From Vicinamibacterales bacterium (GTDB lineage Bacteria > Acidobacteriota > Vicinamibacteria > Vicinamibacterales > UBA2999): a stretch of DNA of 64,000 bases. Location of the stretch: the NCBI GenBank assembly GCA_038213735.1, contig JBBQSP010000021.1:229-64228 (forward strand), written 5' to 3'. Numbering within the stretch: the first letter of the stretch is position 1; every line of letters starts with the position of its first letter. Of this stretch, positions 27,083 through 36,792 are shown piece by piece. The notes below the pieces were generated by a model. That model was given only the letters and a program-made list of their open reading frames with translations, was not told where the DNA came from and made no database searches. The translations under genes and the position numbers were made by a program.

Positions 27083-29929
27083 CTAGAAGCGCAGAGCCGC
27101 GTTGAAGCGGACATTCCGCGGCCCGTAAACCTGTGCCGGCGAGGCGAACTGCGGCACGGTGTTGATGGCCCCGGCCGGGTCACCGTTCTGCCGCAGGTTG
27201 ATGGTGCCGCTCAGCGTGCGCGCATCCCAGGCGGTGTTGGTGTTGGCGATATTGTTGACATCCACCGACACCTCCAGCGAGCGAGCCCCGAAACGCGCGG
27301 TCTTGAATACCCGTAGGTCGGCCGCCGTGCGGCGATCCAGCCGGTACGAGCCCAGCGGCTCGACGTTGACCGTGCTGTTGCCGCCCACCGTCTGGGCCAC
27401 GGTGAACTGCCGGGTGATGGCCGCGCCGCTCTGCATGTTCAGGTTGCCGGCCAGGCCAATCTCGTACCACGGCAGCACGTAGGTGCCGGTCACCTTGAAC
27501 TGATGCGGCCGGTCGCCAATCTGGCCGGTTACCGGACCGTCGGCATTGATTAGCGCGTTCGGGTTGACGTTGACGCTCACGCCCTCGACGCGGGTGCGCG
27601 AGAAGGTGTAGCCCATCAGCATCTGCCAGCGGTTCGACATCCGCTTGGTGCCGCTAATCTCGATGCCATCGTAGGTCTGGCGGAAGCTGCGGTCGTTCGT
27701 GAAGAACGTCTGGTTCACCGCCGTTGACGTCCGGTTGTAGAACTGGAACGTGCCATCGTCCGACGTGCCGGCCACGCCGTCGCGCCCGGTATCGACGCGG
27801 GTCGTCAGGAAGGCGTCGTACGGATTGGCGGGGTTCGAGGTGGCCTGGGGGTTGCGTTCGACGCGGTGCGTGATCGCCACGCTGAGGCGCAGGGCGGGGA
27901 ACAGCTCGTGGTCGAACCCGCCCGTGACCTCGTCAGTGTAGGGCCGCAGGTAGTCGGGATCCACCGAGATGGTCTCCGGACGGACGCGGGTGATGACCGG
28001 CGTGCCGGTCTGCTCGCCGGGCTGGAAGCGGCGGTCGCCGTTGGCGTCGTTCCAGGTGTACTGCTCCTGGTAGTTCGCGTTCGGGTTGACACCGTCGAGG
28101 ATGCCGCCGCCCGAGGCGATCACGTAATAGTAGCGACCGGCCGCCAACTTGAGCGCGGTCCGGCCATTGCCCATCAGGTCGTAAGCGGCGCTGATGCGTG
28201 GGCCGGTGGTCATCCAGTCAACGACGTCCGGGACTTCCGCGAAATCGCGGACCAGGTTAGGGAAGAACGCGCTGGCCGGGCTGCTCTGTGCCGGCAGGTA
28301 GCCGTTCAGGTGTTCCCAGCGCAGGCCGGCTGTCACCGTGAGGCGCTTGTAGGCCATGCTGTCCTGGAAGTACAGCGCGGTCACGTCCACGGCGGTCTTG
28401 GTGTAGAACGGCGTCGCGTATAGCGTCACGTTCTGGGCCAGCCCGGTGGCGCTGTTGTAGGTCATGTCGACGTCCCCGAAGCGAGACACGCGGTTCTCGA
28501 CCGGTGAATGCGCGTAGTCGAAGCCGAACTTCAGTTCGTGGCGGCCGCCGGCAAACTCGTCCAGGTAGTAATTGCCCGTGGCGTTGGCCTGGTAGCGATC
28601 GCGCCAGCGTTCCGTGCCGGTCGTGAAGTTGCGCGTCCGGATACCGGTGGCCGAATCGAGCAGCGTCTGGTCATTGCCGTTGAGGTAGGTGGGGAAGAAG
28701 ATCTTGTTGAGCCCGACGCGCGCGTCGAGGAAGAACTTCTGTGTCACCACCGAGTTCCACAGCACCTGGTAGATGTCGAAGACGTCGTCTTCGTTGCTGG
28801 TCGACTCCTGCACCAGGGTGTTGGCGCCGGCGAGGAAGCGGTTGGGCTTCTTGTAGTACTGCCGCGAGTACAGGCCGGTGAGGCGGTTCTGGTCGTTGAT
28901 CTGGTAGTTCATGTTGATCAGCCCCGACGTGATGTCGGTCTTGTCGAGGACGAGCGTCGAAAACGCCGCTGGCGTGTTGACGTGCACGCGCCAGTCGCGG
29001 AACGAGGCAAACATCCTGAGCTTGTTGGCAATCAGCGGGCCGCCGCCGCTGATGTTGACGTCCGAGACGAAGTCGACGCTGTTGGATTCCGGGCGGAACC
29101 CGTAGCGCAGCAACTCGTCGTCGATGTTCTGCGTCTGCGTGGCATCGCCCAGCCACGCCCCGGTGAGGCGGCCGGTCCACCTCTCGCCGCCGCTCTTGGT
29201 CACCATGTTCAGGAACACACCGCTCGTGGGCACCGTGATGTCGTGCGCGCCGGTCGAGACCTGAATGTCGTCGAACGCATCAAAGTCGTAGTAAAAACCG
29301 GCCGCGCCAATGGCAGCCGGGTCGCCGACATTGATGCCGTTCAGGTAGCTGGAGTTTTGGGCGCTGGTGGTGCCGCGGGCGTTGAACACACCCTGCAGCC
29401 CGCCCGAGGTGCCACCGACGTCGGGCCGCGTGATCATCAGGCTGGGGACCTTGTATTCCACGAGCGACCAGATGTCGCGGCCCCCCGGCGTGCCCTGCAG
29501 CAACTGCTCGCCCAGGTTGACGCTGGTGTTGGCGCTGGTGGTGTCAACCACCGGCGACGCGCCGGTCACGGTGACCGTTTCGGCGACGGTCGCGACCGTC
29601 AACGACAGGTCCAGGGGCACCGTGGCGCCGACCTGCACCGACACGTTCTCCCGGACGACCGTGCGGAAGCCCTGCAGCTCGACCTTGACGGAGTAGATGC
29701 CGGGCTGGAGCGACGGGAAGCGGTTCACGCCGCCGGCATCGGTCACACCGGACATGGTGCCCGCCACGAGGACCGGACTTGACAGCGTGACGACGACGCC
29801 TGGGACGGCTGCATTTTGCTCGTCCGTGACCCTGACCAGAATCGATCCGGTCTGCACCTGTGCGGCCACGGGCAGCATTGCCGTGACGGCGAGACCGAGG
29901 GCTGCGACCCATACTCGTACTTGTTTCAT
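27083..29929 (-). CDS. TonB-dependent receptor with N-terminal carboxypeptidase-regulatory-like domain
   Basis: Signal peptide and a CarboxypepD_reg-like module (ILVRVTDEQNAAVPGVVVTL...). The beta-barrel-type sequence ends in ALRF. Confidence 0.85.
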   Translation of the reverse strand: MKQVRVWVAALGLAVTAMLPVAAQVQTGSILVRVTDEQNAAVPGVVVTLSSPVLVAGTMSGVTDAGGVNRFPSLQPGIYSVKVELQGFRTVVRENVSVQVGATVPLDLSLTVATVAETVTVTGASPVVDTTSANTSVNLGEQLLQGTPGGRDIWSLVEYKVPSLMITRPDVGGTSGGLQGVFNARGTTSAQNSSYLNGINVGDPAAIGAAGFYYDFDAFDDIQVSTGAHDITVPTSGVFLNMVTKSGGERWTGRLTGAWLGDATQTQNIDDELLRYGFRPESNSVDFVSDVNISGGGPLIANKLRMFASFRDWRVHVNTPAAFSTLVLDKTDITSGLINMNYQINDQNRLTGLYSRQYYKKPNRFLAGANTLVQESTSNEDDVFDIYQVLWNSVVTQKFFLDARVGLNKIFFPTYLNGNDQTLLDSATGIRTRNFTTGTERWRDRYQANATGNYYLDEFAGGRHELKFGFDYAHSPVENRVSRFGDVDMTYNSATGLAQNVTLYATPFYTKTAVDVTALYFQDSMAYKRLTVTAGLRWEHLNGYLPAQSSPASAFFPNLVRDFAEVPDVVDWMTTGPRISAAYDLMGNGRTALKLAAGRYYYVIASGGGILDGVNPNANYQEQYTWNDANGDRRFQPGEQTGTPVITRVRPETISVDPDYLRPYTDEVTGGFDHELFPALRLSVAITHRVERNPQATSNPANPYDAFLTTRVDTGRDGVAGTSDDGTFQFYNRTSTAVNQTFFTNDRSFRQTYDGIEISGTKRMSNRWQMLMGYTFSRTRVEGVSVNVNPNALINADGPVTGQIGDRPHQFKVTGTYVLPWYEIGLAGNLNMQSGAAITRQFTVAQTVGGNSTVNVEPLGSYRLDRRTAADLRVFKTARFGARSLEVSVDVNNIANTNTAWDARTLSGTINLRQNGDPAGAINTVPQFASPAQVYGPRNVRFNAALRF

Positions 29930-30122
29930 CTCTCTGTCCTCCGGAAATCCGTTCGCGCCTTACGAGAAGTTGAATTGGAGCAGGCTTGCAAGCACCGTTG
30001 TTGTGGCAGCCGACCTGACAATGAGCGACAGGACCGCACGCGAATGACCATGCGCCTGGCCGAGCAACGGGCTGGTTTGTAGGCAAGCAAACGGATTGCC
30101 GAACGGACGCTATAATCTCGGA

Positions 30123-30830
30123 ATGCGTGTGATGCTCGCGTTTCTCTGTGCAAGCCTCATGTTCATCCCGGCGCTCGACGCTCAGTCCAGCAAGACCACC
30201 CCGAAGAAAGCGCCGGCCAGGACCACCAGGAAGGCGGCTGCGCCGGTGGTCTCGCGCATCCAGGCCGAGTTGAAGTGCCCCTCCGAACTGGGGCAGGGCG
30301 TGGCCACGGGCCGCCGTTACTGCGACGTGCTGACGGCGAGCGACCCCAAGGAAGGCATTCTCATCACTATCCCGCCCCATCGTGGCCCCGTGAAGCTGAT
30401 GTTCGAGCTGCACAACCGCCACACCTATTCAGCCGAGCTCGTCAAGCAGAAGCAGGCCTATCGCAAACACACCGCGACCATCGGCGTGATGTCGATGGAC
30501 AACACCTTGATCGATCGCGCCATGGTGCAAAGCGAGTTTCGTACTGAAAAAGACCTGTTCGATCGCATCAGCGGCGGAGCCGGACCCGGCGGCATGAAAG
30601 CGGTGGCACCCATCGGCTCCGAGTTCATCACCATCGAACTGCCGGCCGCGGTCGTTGACCAGGTGTCGGTGATGGGCGAAAAGCTGTCGGTCGTCAGGCC
30701 CGACGCCACCGACAACTTCACCGCCACCGGACGGCCCATCGCCACCATCAGCAACGTGATGCTGGAATTCACCCCCGGACCGGCACCGAAGAAAGCGCCG
30801 GCCAAAAAGGCAACCGCTAAGAAGAAATAG
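30123..30830 (+). CDS. Secreted hypothetical protein with Lys/Ala/Pro-rich segments at both ends
   Basis: Signal peptide MRVMLAFLCASLMFIPALDAQ, then KTTPKKAPARTTRKAAAP. The C-terminus is PAPKKAPAKKATAKKK. A TATAAT box lies 6 nt upstream of the ATG. Confidence 0.6.
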   Translation: MRVMLAFLCASLMFIPALDAQSSKTTPKKAPARTTRKAAAPVVSRIQAELKCPSELGQGVATGRRYCDVLTASDPKEGILITIPPHRGPVKLMFELHNRHTYSAELVKQKQAYRKHTATIGVMSMDNTLIDRAMVQSEFRTEKDLFDRISGGAGPGGMKAVAPIGSEFITIELPAAVVDQVSVMGEKLSVVRPDATDNFTATGRPIATISNVMLEFTPGPAPKKAPAKKATAKKK

Positions 30831-32205
30831 CGAGCGCCGCGCGGTAACAGGCCAGCATGGCGTCGGCCGACCGGTCGATGTCGCGTTCGGTCGTGGACCA
30901 GTTCGACACCGCAATCCGCATGGCCTGCTTTCCTTGCCAGAACGCGCCGCCGGCCCAGCACGTGCCGTCGGCCTGCACCCGCGCGATCACGTCCCGGGTC
31001 GTCTGATCATCACCGAACTGCACCAGCACCTGGTTCAGCACCACCTCGTTGAGGATGGTGATGCCGGGTGCCGCCGACAGCCGGTCCGCCATGCGCCGGG
31101 CGAGCGCGCAGTTGCGGCGGACGAGCGCTTCGATGCCGTCGCGGCCGAGCGCCCGGAACAGCGCGTAGAGCGGCACCACGCGTGCGCGCCGGGATGACTC
31201 GGGCGTCCAATCCATGCCAATGCGCTCCTCGTCGTCTCCCCGCTGGAGGTACGAGGCCGTCATGCCCATGGCCGCCCGCAGCGGGGCCGTGTCGGCGACG
31301 ATCGCGAGCCCCGAATCGTAGGGCACGTTCAGCCACTTGTGCGCGTCGGTCGCCCACGAGTCTGCGGTCTCGATGCCGCGCACTTGCGAGCGCAATTCAG
31401 GTACCGCAGCGGCCCACAACCCGAACGCACCATCCACATGGACCCACGCGCCGCGCGCGTGCGCCATCTCCACAATCTCGGCGATGGGATCGCTGGCGCC
31501 AGTACTGACGTTACCCGCCTGCGCGCAGACGATGATCGGGCCGTCCCCCGTATTCAGTTGCGCCCGCAACGCATCCGCCCGCATGCGGCCCTGGCCGTCC
31601 ACCGGAACGAACTCCAGTTCGTCGCTGCCAAACCCGAGATAGCGCAGCGCACCGACGGCCGACACGTGGACTTCACCCCCGACGAGCACCCGCACCTTCG
31701 GTGCGCGCTGCAGGCCCTTGGTCTCGACGTTCCAGCCGGCGCGGTGCAGCACTTCGTGACGCGCGGCGGCCAGGCACGTGAAGTTCGCCATGTGGCAGCC
31801 GGTGACGAAGCCGACCCCGGCATACGCCGGCAGGCCGAGCAGTTCGACGATCCATCCCGAGACGATGTCTTCCATCACTGAGGCTGCGGGTGAGAGCACG
31901 TAGAGGCAGGCGTTCTGGTCCCATGAACTGACCAGCCAATCGGCGGCCACCGTGACCGGCACGGCGCCACCGGTCACGAAGCCGAAGTAGCGTGGCCCAA
32001 TGGTGGCGACAATGCCGGGGTCGGCGGTCTTCGCCAGGAGATTGATCACCTCGACTGGGTCGGTCTCGCCGGCCGGCAACGGTCCGCCCAGCGCACTCAG
32101 CAGGTCGGCGCGCTCCGTTCGCGAGCCCACATGTCGTTGGGCGACCTCGCCGATGTAGCGTGTGGCGTGGTCGAAGGCAGCCTTGAGTGGATTGTCTGTC
32201 TTCAT
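30817..32205 (-). CDS. PLP-dependent group II decarboxylase (aromatic-amino-acid/glutamate decarboxylase family)
   Basis: Contains the DAHKWLNVPYDSG PLP-lysine motif. ATG 32205 overlaps the upstream stop (ATGA). Confidence 0.8.
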   Translation of the reverse strand: MKTDNPLKAAFDHATRYIGEVAQRHVGSRTERADLLSALGGPLPAGETDPVEVINLLAKTADPGIVATIGPRYFGFVTGGAVPVTVAADWLVSSWDQNACLYVLSPAASVMEDIVSGWIVELLGLPAYAGVGFVTGCHMANFTCLAAARHEVLHRAGWNVETKGLQRAPKVRVLVGGEVHVSAVGALRYLGFGSDELEFVPVDGQGRMRADALRAQLNTGDGPIIVCAQAGNVSTGASDPIAEIVEMAHARGAWVHVDGAFGLWAAAVPELRSQVRGIETADSWATDAHKWLNVPYDSGLAIVADTAPLRAAMGMTASYLQRGDDEERIGMDWTPESSRRARVVPLYALFRALGRDGIEALVRRNCALARRMADRLSAAPGITILNEVVLNQVLVQFGDDQTTRDVIARVQADGTCWAGGAFWQGKQAMRIAVSNWSTTERDIDRSADAMLACYRAALAISS

Positions 32206-33020
32206 GATGAGTGATTGGTCGGTGTTTGATCTGTGGCTGTGATCGCTTTGAGTGGGATGTCGCGTTCTGTGGCCCAGGTGTCCCATTCGGCAGCGGTCTT
32301 GGTCTTGAAGATGTCAGTCAAGGGCGAGCCGTCGGCGAGACCCAGGGCGGAGTAGAGGCTCTCACGAAAGTGCGGTTCGAGCGCGCCGACCGCAACCGCG
32401 CCGTCCTTGGCTGCGTACACCCCATAGGCCGGGTTCGCGCCGCCGAGCACACCACCCGGCGCCGTCAGACCGTGGCGCAACGGCGCGGTGAGGTCCGTGA
32501 GCGCATCGAACAGTCCGACAATGCGGCTGCCGCCAGGTCCCTTGTGGATCATCTCCAGCACCGCGGCATGCGCACGTTCCGCGCCCAGCAGATCCGCGAG
32601 CAGGGTCTTCGGCAGGCCGCCCTGCAACAGCCCGGCCTGCGCCTGGTAGGTCACGTCATGGCCAGGCTCTTCCGGATGCGCGGTGCTGCCGACGATGTTC
32701 AGGTGACGGAGGAGGGGGAAGCGCATGGCGAGAGGAGGGGCGTCGAGACCGAGGCGGGCAAGTGCGCTTGGACGGTGGCTGGCGACGAAGACGTCGGCCG
32801 AGCCAAGCAAGTCCATGATCGCCCGCATGCCGTCGGCCGCCTTTAAGTCGAGGCGCGCAATGGTCACGCCGGCATGCAGCTCGTCGTACCACGGCTTGCA
32901 GAACCCTTCGAGCGGATCGCCCCACGGGGCTTCAATCTTGATGGCCGACGCGCCGGCCGCCACGAGGCGGGCGACCGCCACCGGTCCTGGGACGTTCTGG
33001 GCCATGCTGACAATCTTCAT
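32202..33020 (-). CDS. CoA-transferase family III (CaiB/BaiF-like), short form
   Basis: The N-terminal pattern VPGPVAVARLVAAGASAIKIEAPWGDP is typical of family III. ATG 33020 overlaps the upstream stop (ATGA). Confidence 0.65.
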   Translation of the reverse strand: MKIVSMAQNVPGPVAVARLVAAGASAIKIEAPWGDPLEGFCKPWYDELHAGVTIARLDLKAADGMRAIMDLLGSADVFVASHRPSALARLGLDAPPLAMRFPLLRHLNIVGSTAHPEEPGHDVTYQAQAGLLQGGLPKTLLADLLGAERAHAAVLEMIHKGPGGSRIVGLFDALTDLTAPLRHGLTAPGGVLGGANPAYGVYAAKDGAVAVGALEPHFRESLYSALGLADGSPLTDIFKTKTAAEWDTWATERDIPLKAITATDQTPTNHSS

Positions 33021-33721
33021 GACGGCGTCCATTCGTCGAGAATCGCCGACAGGTCCAGGTCGGGCGCAACCAGGCAACTGTGGCCATGGCCTTCGAGCAC
33101 GCGCAGGCTCGAGCGAGGTGTGAGCGAGGCCATCAACCGCGCCTGATCCACCGACGGCACCAGCACGTCACGGTCGGCGGCGAGAAACAGCACCGGCGCC
33201 TGGATCGAGGCCAACTGAGCGCGCAGGTCGTAGTCGCGCAGGATGTGGAGGCGCGAGAGATACCCTTCACGCGTCGTCGATTGCATCAACTGGAGAAACC
33301 GGCGGATCTCTTCGGCATCGGTGCCCGGTGAGTGCATGCGCCGGCCGTTCAGTTGCCGCACCAGGCGCATCATGCCCCAGGGCGTCGCACGCAGCAGGTG
33401 ATACCCCAGCCACAGGCGCGCCGGTGAGCCGAAGTGCGCGAACGAGTTGAGGATGACCAGCCGTCCCACTCGCTCCGGGTGTGCCAGGGCATAGCTGAGC
33501 GCCAGGGCGCCGCCGAACGACTCGCCCAGCAGCGTCACCGGGCCGTCCGAGGCCGCCGCCACCGACTGGTGCAGGTCGGCCACCAATTCGTCCATGGCCC
33601 GCACCTCGTCGCGCAGGCGAATGGTGGTCACCGCATAGCGCCTCTCCAGCCGCGGCACCTGCTTGTAGAACAGCAGGCCGGTGCCGTCGATGCCGGGGAC
33701 GAGGACGAGCGGTTCCTTCAC
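33017..33721 (-). CDS. Alpha/beta-fold hydrolase
   Basis: Contains the GESFGG nucleophile elbow and the overall alpha/beta hydrolase pattern. Confidence 0.75.
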   Translation of the reverse strand: MKEPLVLVPGIDGTGLLFYKQVPRLERRYAVTTIRLRDEVRAMDELVADLHQSVAAASDGPVTLLGESFGGALALSYALAHPERVGRLVILNSFAHFGSPARLWLGYHLLRATPWGMMRLVRQLNGRRMHSPGTDAEEIRRFLQLMQSTTREGYLSRLHILRDYDLRAQLASIQAPVLFLAADRDVLVPSVDQARLMASLTPRSSLRVLEGHGHSCLVAPDLDLSAILDEWTPS

Positions 33722-33745
33722 GGACGGGGTTCCCTCATGATGTCG

Positions 33746-33767
33746 GGACGAACCTTTAGGTTCGTCC
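33746..33767. repeat. Palindrome GGACGAACC-TTTA-GGTTCGTCC
   Basis: 9-bp stem with a TTTA loop, preceded by a GTCGGGA motif. It lies in a divergent intergenic region. Confidence 0.8.
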
Positions 33768-33790
33768 TTCTATATGGTAGCGTCTGCGCC

Positions 33791-34549
33791 GTGACTCCTG
33801 CGCAGGCCGTCCGCGTTTCCTGGACCGTGCTCACCATGTTCGTGGTGCAGAGCCTGGTGTTCGGGTTGTCGGTGTTACCCGCGTTCTACTTCTGGACCTG
33901 GACCCTGACCTGGTCGATTCCACCGCTGATCCGACCGGCCATTGTCGCGACCACCCTGGTGCCGGCCTATTTGTTGTTCGCGTTCGTGCTGGTGGCGCTG
34001 TCGGCGCTGTCGACCCGGGTGTGCGGCTGGCGCACGGCGCCGAACGGCGCCTGGAAGCTGCGCGACCTCGAGTGGCCGCTGCTCGACTGGGTCCGCTACA
34101 TGGTCTCGATCCACATCGTCCGCGTTTTTGTGGGAACCTTCTTCCGGGCGTCCGCGCTGTGGACGCTGTACCTGCGGTGGAACGGGGCCAAGATCGGGCG
34201 CGGCGTCCACATCAACAGCCTGTCGATTTCGGATCACAACATGCTGGAGTTCGGCGACGGTGTGGTGATTGGCGAGAGCGTGCACCTGTCGGGGCACACG
34301 GTGGAGGCCGGCATGGTCAAGACCGGTCCGGTGCGTCTTGGGCGCTTCGTGACGGTGGGTCTGGGCAGCATGGTGGGCATCAACGTCGAGGCCGGCGAGA
34401 AGTGCCAGATCGGCGCCCTCAGCGTAGTTCTCAAGGGCTCGACGCTCGAAGGATCTGCTATCTACGCAGGCATCCCCGCACGTAGAATAGAGCGCAAATC
34501 AAATGCTATGGCCGTTGAAGCAGACGACGCGGCAGTAGGATTTTTCTGA
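33791..34549 (+). CDS. Membrane protein with C-terminal left-handed beta-helix (hexapeptide-repeat) transferase domain
   Basis: About 4 N-terminal TM helices are followed by hexapeptide repeats (IGRGVHI, IGESVHL, VGLGSMV, IGALSVV). It resembles the stand-alone form of the TM + hexapeptide terminal domain seen in some NRPS-like synthetases (from memory). The start GTG 33791 is uncertain. Confidence 0.6.
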   Translation: MTPAQAVRVSWTVLTMFVVQSLVFGLSVLPAFYFWTWTLTWSIPPLIRPAIVATTLVPAYLLFAFVLVALSALSTRVCGWRTAPNGAWKLRDLEWPLLDWVRYMVSIHIVRVFVGTFFRASALWTLYLRWNGAKIGRGVHINSLSISDHNMLEFGDGVVIGESVHLSGHTVEAGMVKTGPVRLGRFVTVGLGSMVGINVEAGEKCQIGALSVVLKGSTLEGSAIYAGIPARRIERKSNAMAVEADDAAVGFF

Positions 34550-34570
34550 CTTCTCACCTCTGACTCTAAC

Positions 34571-35263
34571 TTGTCACCCCTTCTATCCATTGTCGTTCCC
34601 GTCTACAACGAAGCGCGGACGGTTGCCGAAGTCATCGAGCGGCTGCTGGTGATCGAGTTGCCGGCGCCGCGCGAGATCCTGGTCGTCAATGACGGGTCGA
34701 CCGACGGCACCCGCGAGGTGCTCGACCGGCTGCCGGTCCGGCCCGAGCTGCGCATCATTCATGCGGCGAAGAACGGCGGGAAGGGCAGCGCCATTCGCAC
34801 CGGGTTCACCGAGGCCTCGGGCACCATCGTCGCCATCCAGGACGCGGATCTCGAGCTCGACCCGGCGCAACTGGCGGTGCTGGTGCAGCCGATCCTGGAC
34901 GGCCGCACGAAGGTGGTCTATGGGTCGCGGTTCCTGGCCGGGCGTCCCGACGCGCCGTGGCTGTCGGTGCTGGCCAACCAGGTACTGACCGGCATCACCA
35001 ACGTGCTGTTTGGCGGCCGGCTTACAGACATGGAAACCTGCTACAAGGTGATGACCACCGAGGTCGCGCGCGGGCTGCGCCTCGAGTGCAACCGCTTCGA
35101 CATCGAGCCGGAGATCTCGGCCAAGCTACTGCGCGACGGTCACTCGATTCTCGAACTGCCGGTGCGCTTCGAACCGCGCAGCCGCGCGCAGGGGAAAAAG
35201 ATCGGCTGGCGCGACGGCGTGCGGGCCATCCAGGTCCTGATCAAGTACCGCTTGTCACGATGA
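34571..35263 (+). CDS. GT2 polyprenol-phosphate glycosyltransferase (DPM/DPG synthase-like)
   Basis: Motifs SIVVPVYNE, VNDGSTDGT, QDADLE and the overall GT2 fold are present. The start is TTG. Confidence 0.8.
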   Translation: MSPLLSIVVPVYNEARTVAEVIERLLVIELPAPREILVVNDGSTDGTREVLDRLPVRPELRIIHAAKNGGKGSAIRTGFTEASGTIVAIQDADLELDPAQLAVLVQPILDGRTKVVYGSRFLAGRPDAPWLSVLANQVLTGITNVLFGGRLTDMETCYKVMTTEVARGLRLECNRFDIEPEISAKLLRDGHSILELPVRFEPRSRAQGKKIGWRDGVRAIQVLIKYRLSR

Positions 35264-36792
35264 AACAGAGCTTGGCCCGCCGAAGCCTTGGCGTAGGCGG
35301 CGCGCTGATCATCGCGCTGGCGCTCGCCGTCTTCGGCCTGCTCCATGGCACGCGCGCCGTCGGCGGTTCCGATTCGTCCTGCTACGGGTTGATGGCCGAA
35401 GCCTTCGGCACGGGCCACTGGCAGCCGACGAGTGTGCTTGCGGTCGAGGCGCCGTGGCCCGATGCCTCGCGCACGTTGGCGCCTGGCGGCTTCATTCCTT
35501 CACCGGTACGGCCCGACGCCGCGTCGCCGGTCTGCGCGCCGGGGTTCTCGGTGTTGATGGCGCCGTTCTACGCCATCGGCGGCCGCGACGCGATCTTCGC
35601 GGTGACGCCGGTGGCCGCCTTCGTGCTGGTGTGGTGCGCGTTTGTGCTGGCCAATCGCCTGGCCGGCGGCCTGGCGGGCGTCTCGGCGGCTGCCCTCACG
35701 GCCTCGAGTCCCATCGTGTTGTTTCAGACCGTGCAGCCGATGAACGACATCGCCACGGCCGCGCTGTGGCTCGCCGCCCTCGTCCTCGTTACGCGTCCTT
35801 TGGTGTGCGGCGTGGTGGTTGGCCTCGCCATCCTGGTCCGCCCCAATCTCGCGCCGCTCGCCGTGATCGTGGCGGCCATGCAGTGGCGGCCGGGACAGTC
35901 CATGCCGTGGCGGTCCACCGCGCTGATGGTCGCCGGGGCACTCCCAGGCGTGGCCGCGTGGTTGTGGTTGAACCAGGTGCTGTATGGCAGCGCGCTTGGC
36001 AGCGGCTACGGCAGCATCGACCAACTCTTCAGCCTGTCGAACGTCACCCCGAACCTGGCCAGTTTCGGCCGCGCCTTCTACCAAACGCAGACGGTGTTTC
36101 CGCTGCTCGCCCTCGCGGCGCCCTTCTTGCTCGCCGGCGAGGCACGACGCGTGTCGCTGTGGTGGCTCGGCTGCGCCGGCGTGGTCCTCGGCATCTACCT
36201 GCCGTACCGCACGCATCCGGAGTGGTGGTACTTGCGGTTCCTGATCCCGGCCCTTGTGTTGTTGCTGGTGGTGGCGTGCAGCGTGGCCGCACGCGTGGCC
36301 GATGGTGCCCGCATGCGCGGTGTGGTGGCCATTGGGACGGTGATGTTGGCGCTTCTGGGCATGCGGGTGGCCGGCGCGCGCGACGTGCTGGCACTGCAAG
36401 CCCTGGAGGGGCGGTATCGCGAGACGGCGAACCTGGTGGCCGAACGGCTGCCGCCGAACGCCGTGCTGATTACGGTGTGGCAAAGCGGCAGCGTGCGCTT
36501 TCACGCCGGGCGCGAGGCCGTGCTGTGGGATTCGCTCGACCCATCCTGGCTGGATCGCGCCGTGCAGTGGCTGTCGGCGAACGGCCGGGTGCCGTACATC
36601 CTGGTGGAGCGCCGCGAAGAGGCGGAGTTTCGAGACCGGTTCCGCGGCCACGCCGAGATCGGCGGGCTCGACTGGCCGCCCCGATTCAACATCGGCGGGC
36701 AGGCGCGGATTTTCGATCCGGCCGATCGCGTGCGTTATCTGGCCGGCGAAGAGTATCTCACCGAGAACACCCGCCAGCCGCGGCGCCGCTAG
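35260..36792 (+). CDS. GT-C fold membrane glycosyltransferase (GT39/ArnT-like)
   Basis: ATG 35260 overlaps the GT2 stop (ATGA). The product has many TM helices followed by a soluble C-terminal region. Confidence 0.65.
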   Translation: MKQSLARRSLGVGGALIIALALAVFGLLHGTRAVGGSDSSCYGLMAEAFGTGHWQPTSVLAVEAPWPDASRTLAPGGFIPSPVRPDAASPVCAPGFSVLMAPFYAIGGRDAIFAVTPVAAFVLVWCAFVLANRLAGGLAGVSAAALTASSPIVLFQTVQPMNDIATAALWLAALVLVTRPLVCGVVVGLAILVRPNLAPLAVIVAAMQWRPGQSMPWRSTALMVAGALPGVAAWLWLNQVLYGSALGSGYGSIDQLFSLSNVTPNLASFGRAFYQTQTVFPLLALAAPFLLAGEARRVSLWWLGCAGVVLGIYLPYRTHPEWWYLRFLIPALVLLLVVACSVAARVADGARMRGVVAIGTVMLALLGMRVAGARDVLALQALEGRYRETANLVAERLPPNAVLITVWQSGSVRFHAGREAVLWDSLDPSWLDRAVQWLSANGRVPYILVERREEAEFRDRFRGHAEIGGLDWPPRFNIGGQARIFDPADRVRYLAGEEYLTENTRQPRRR

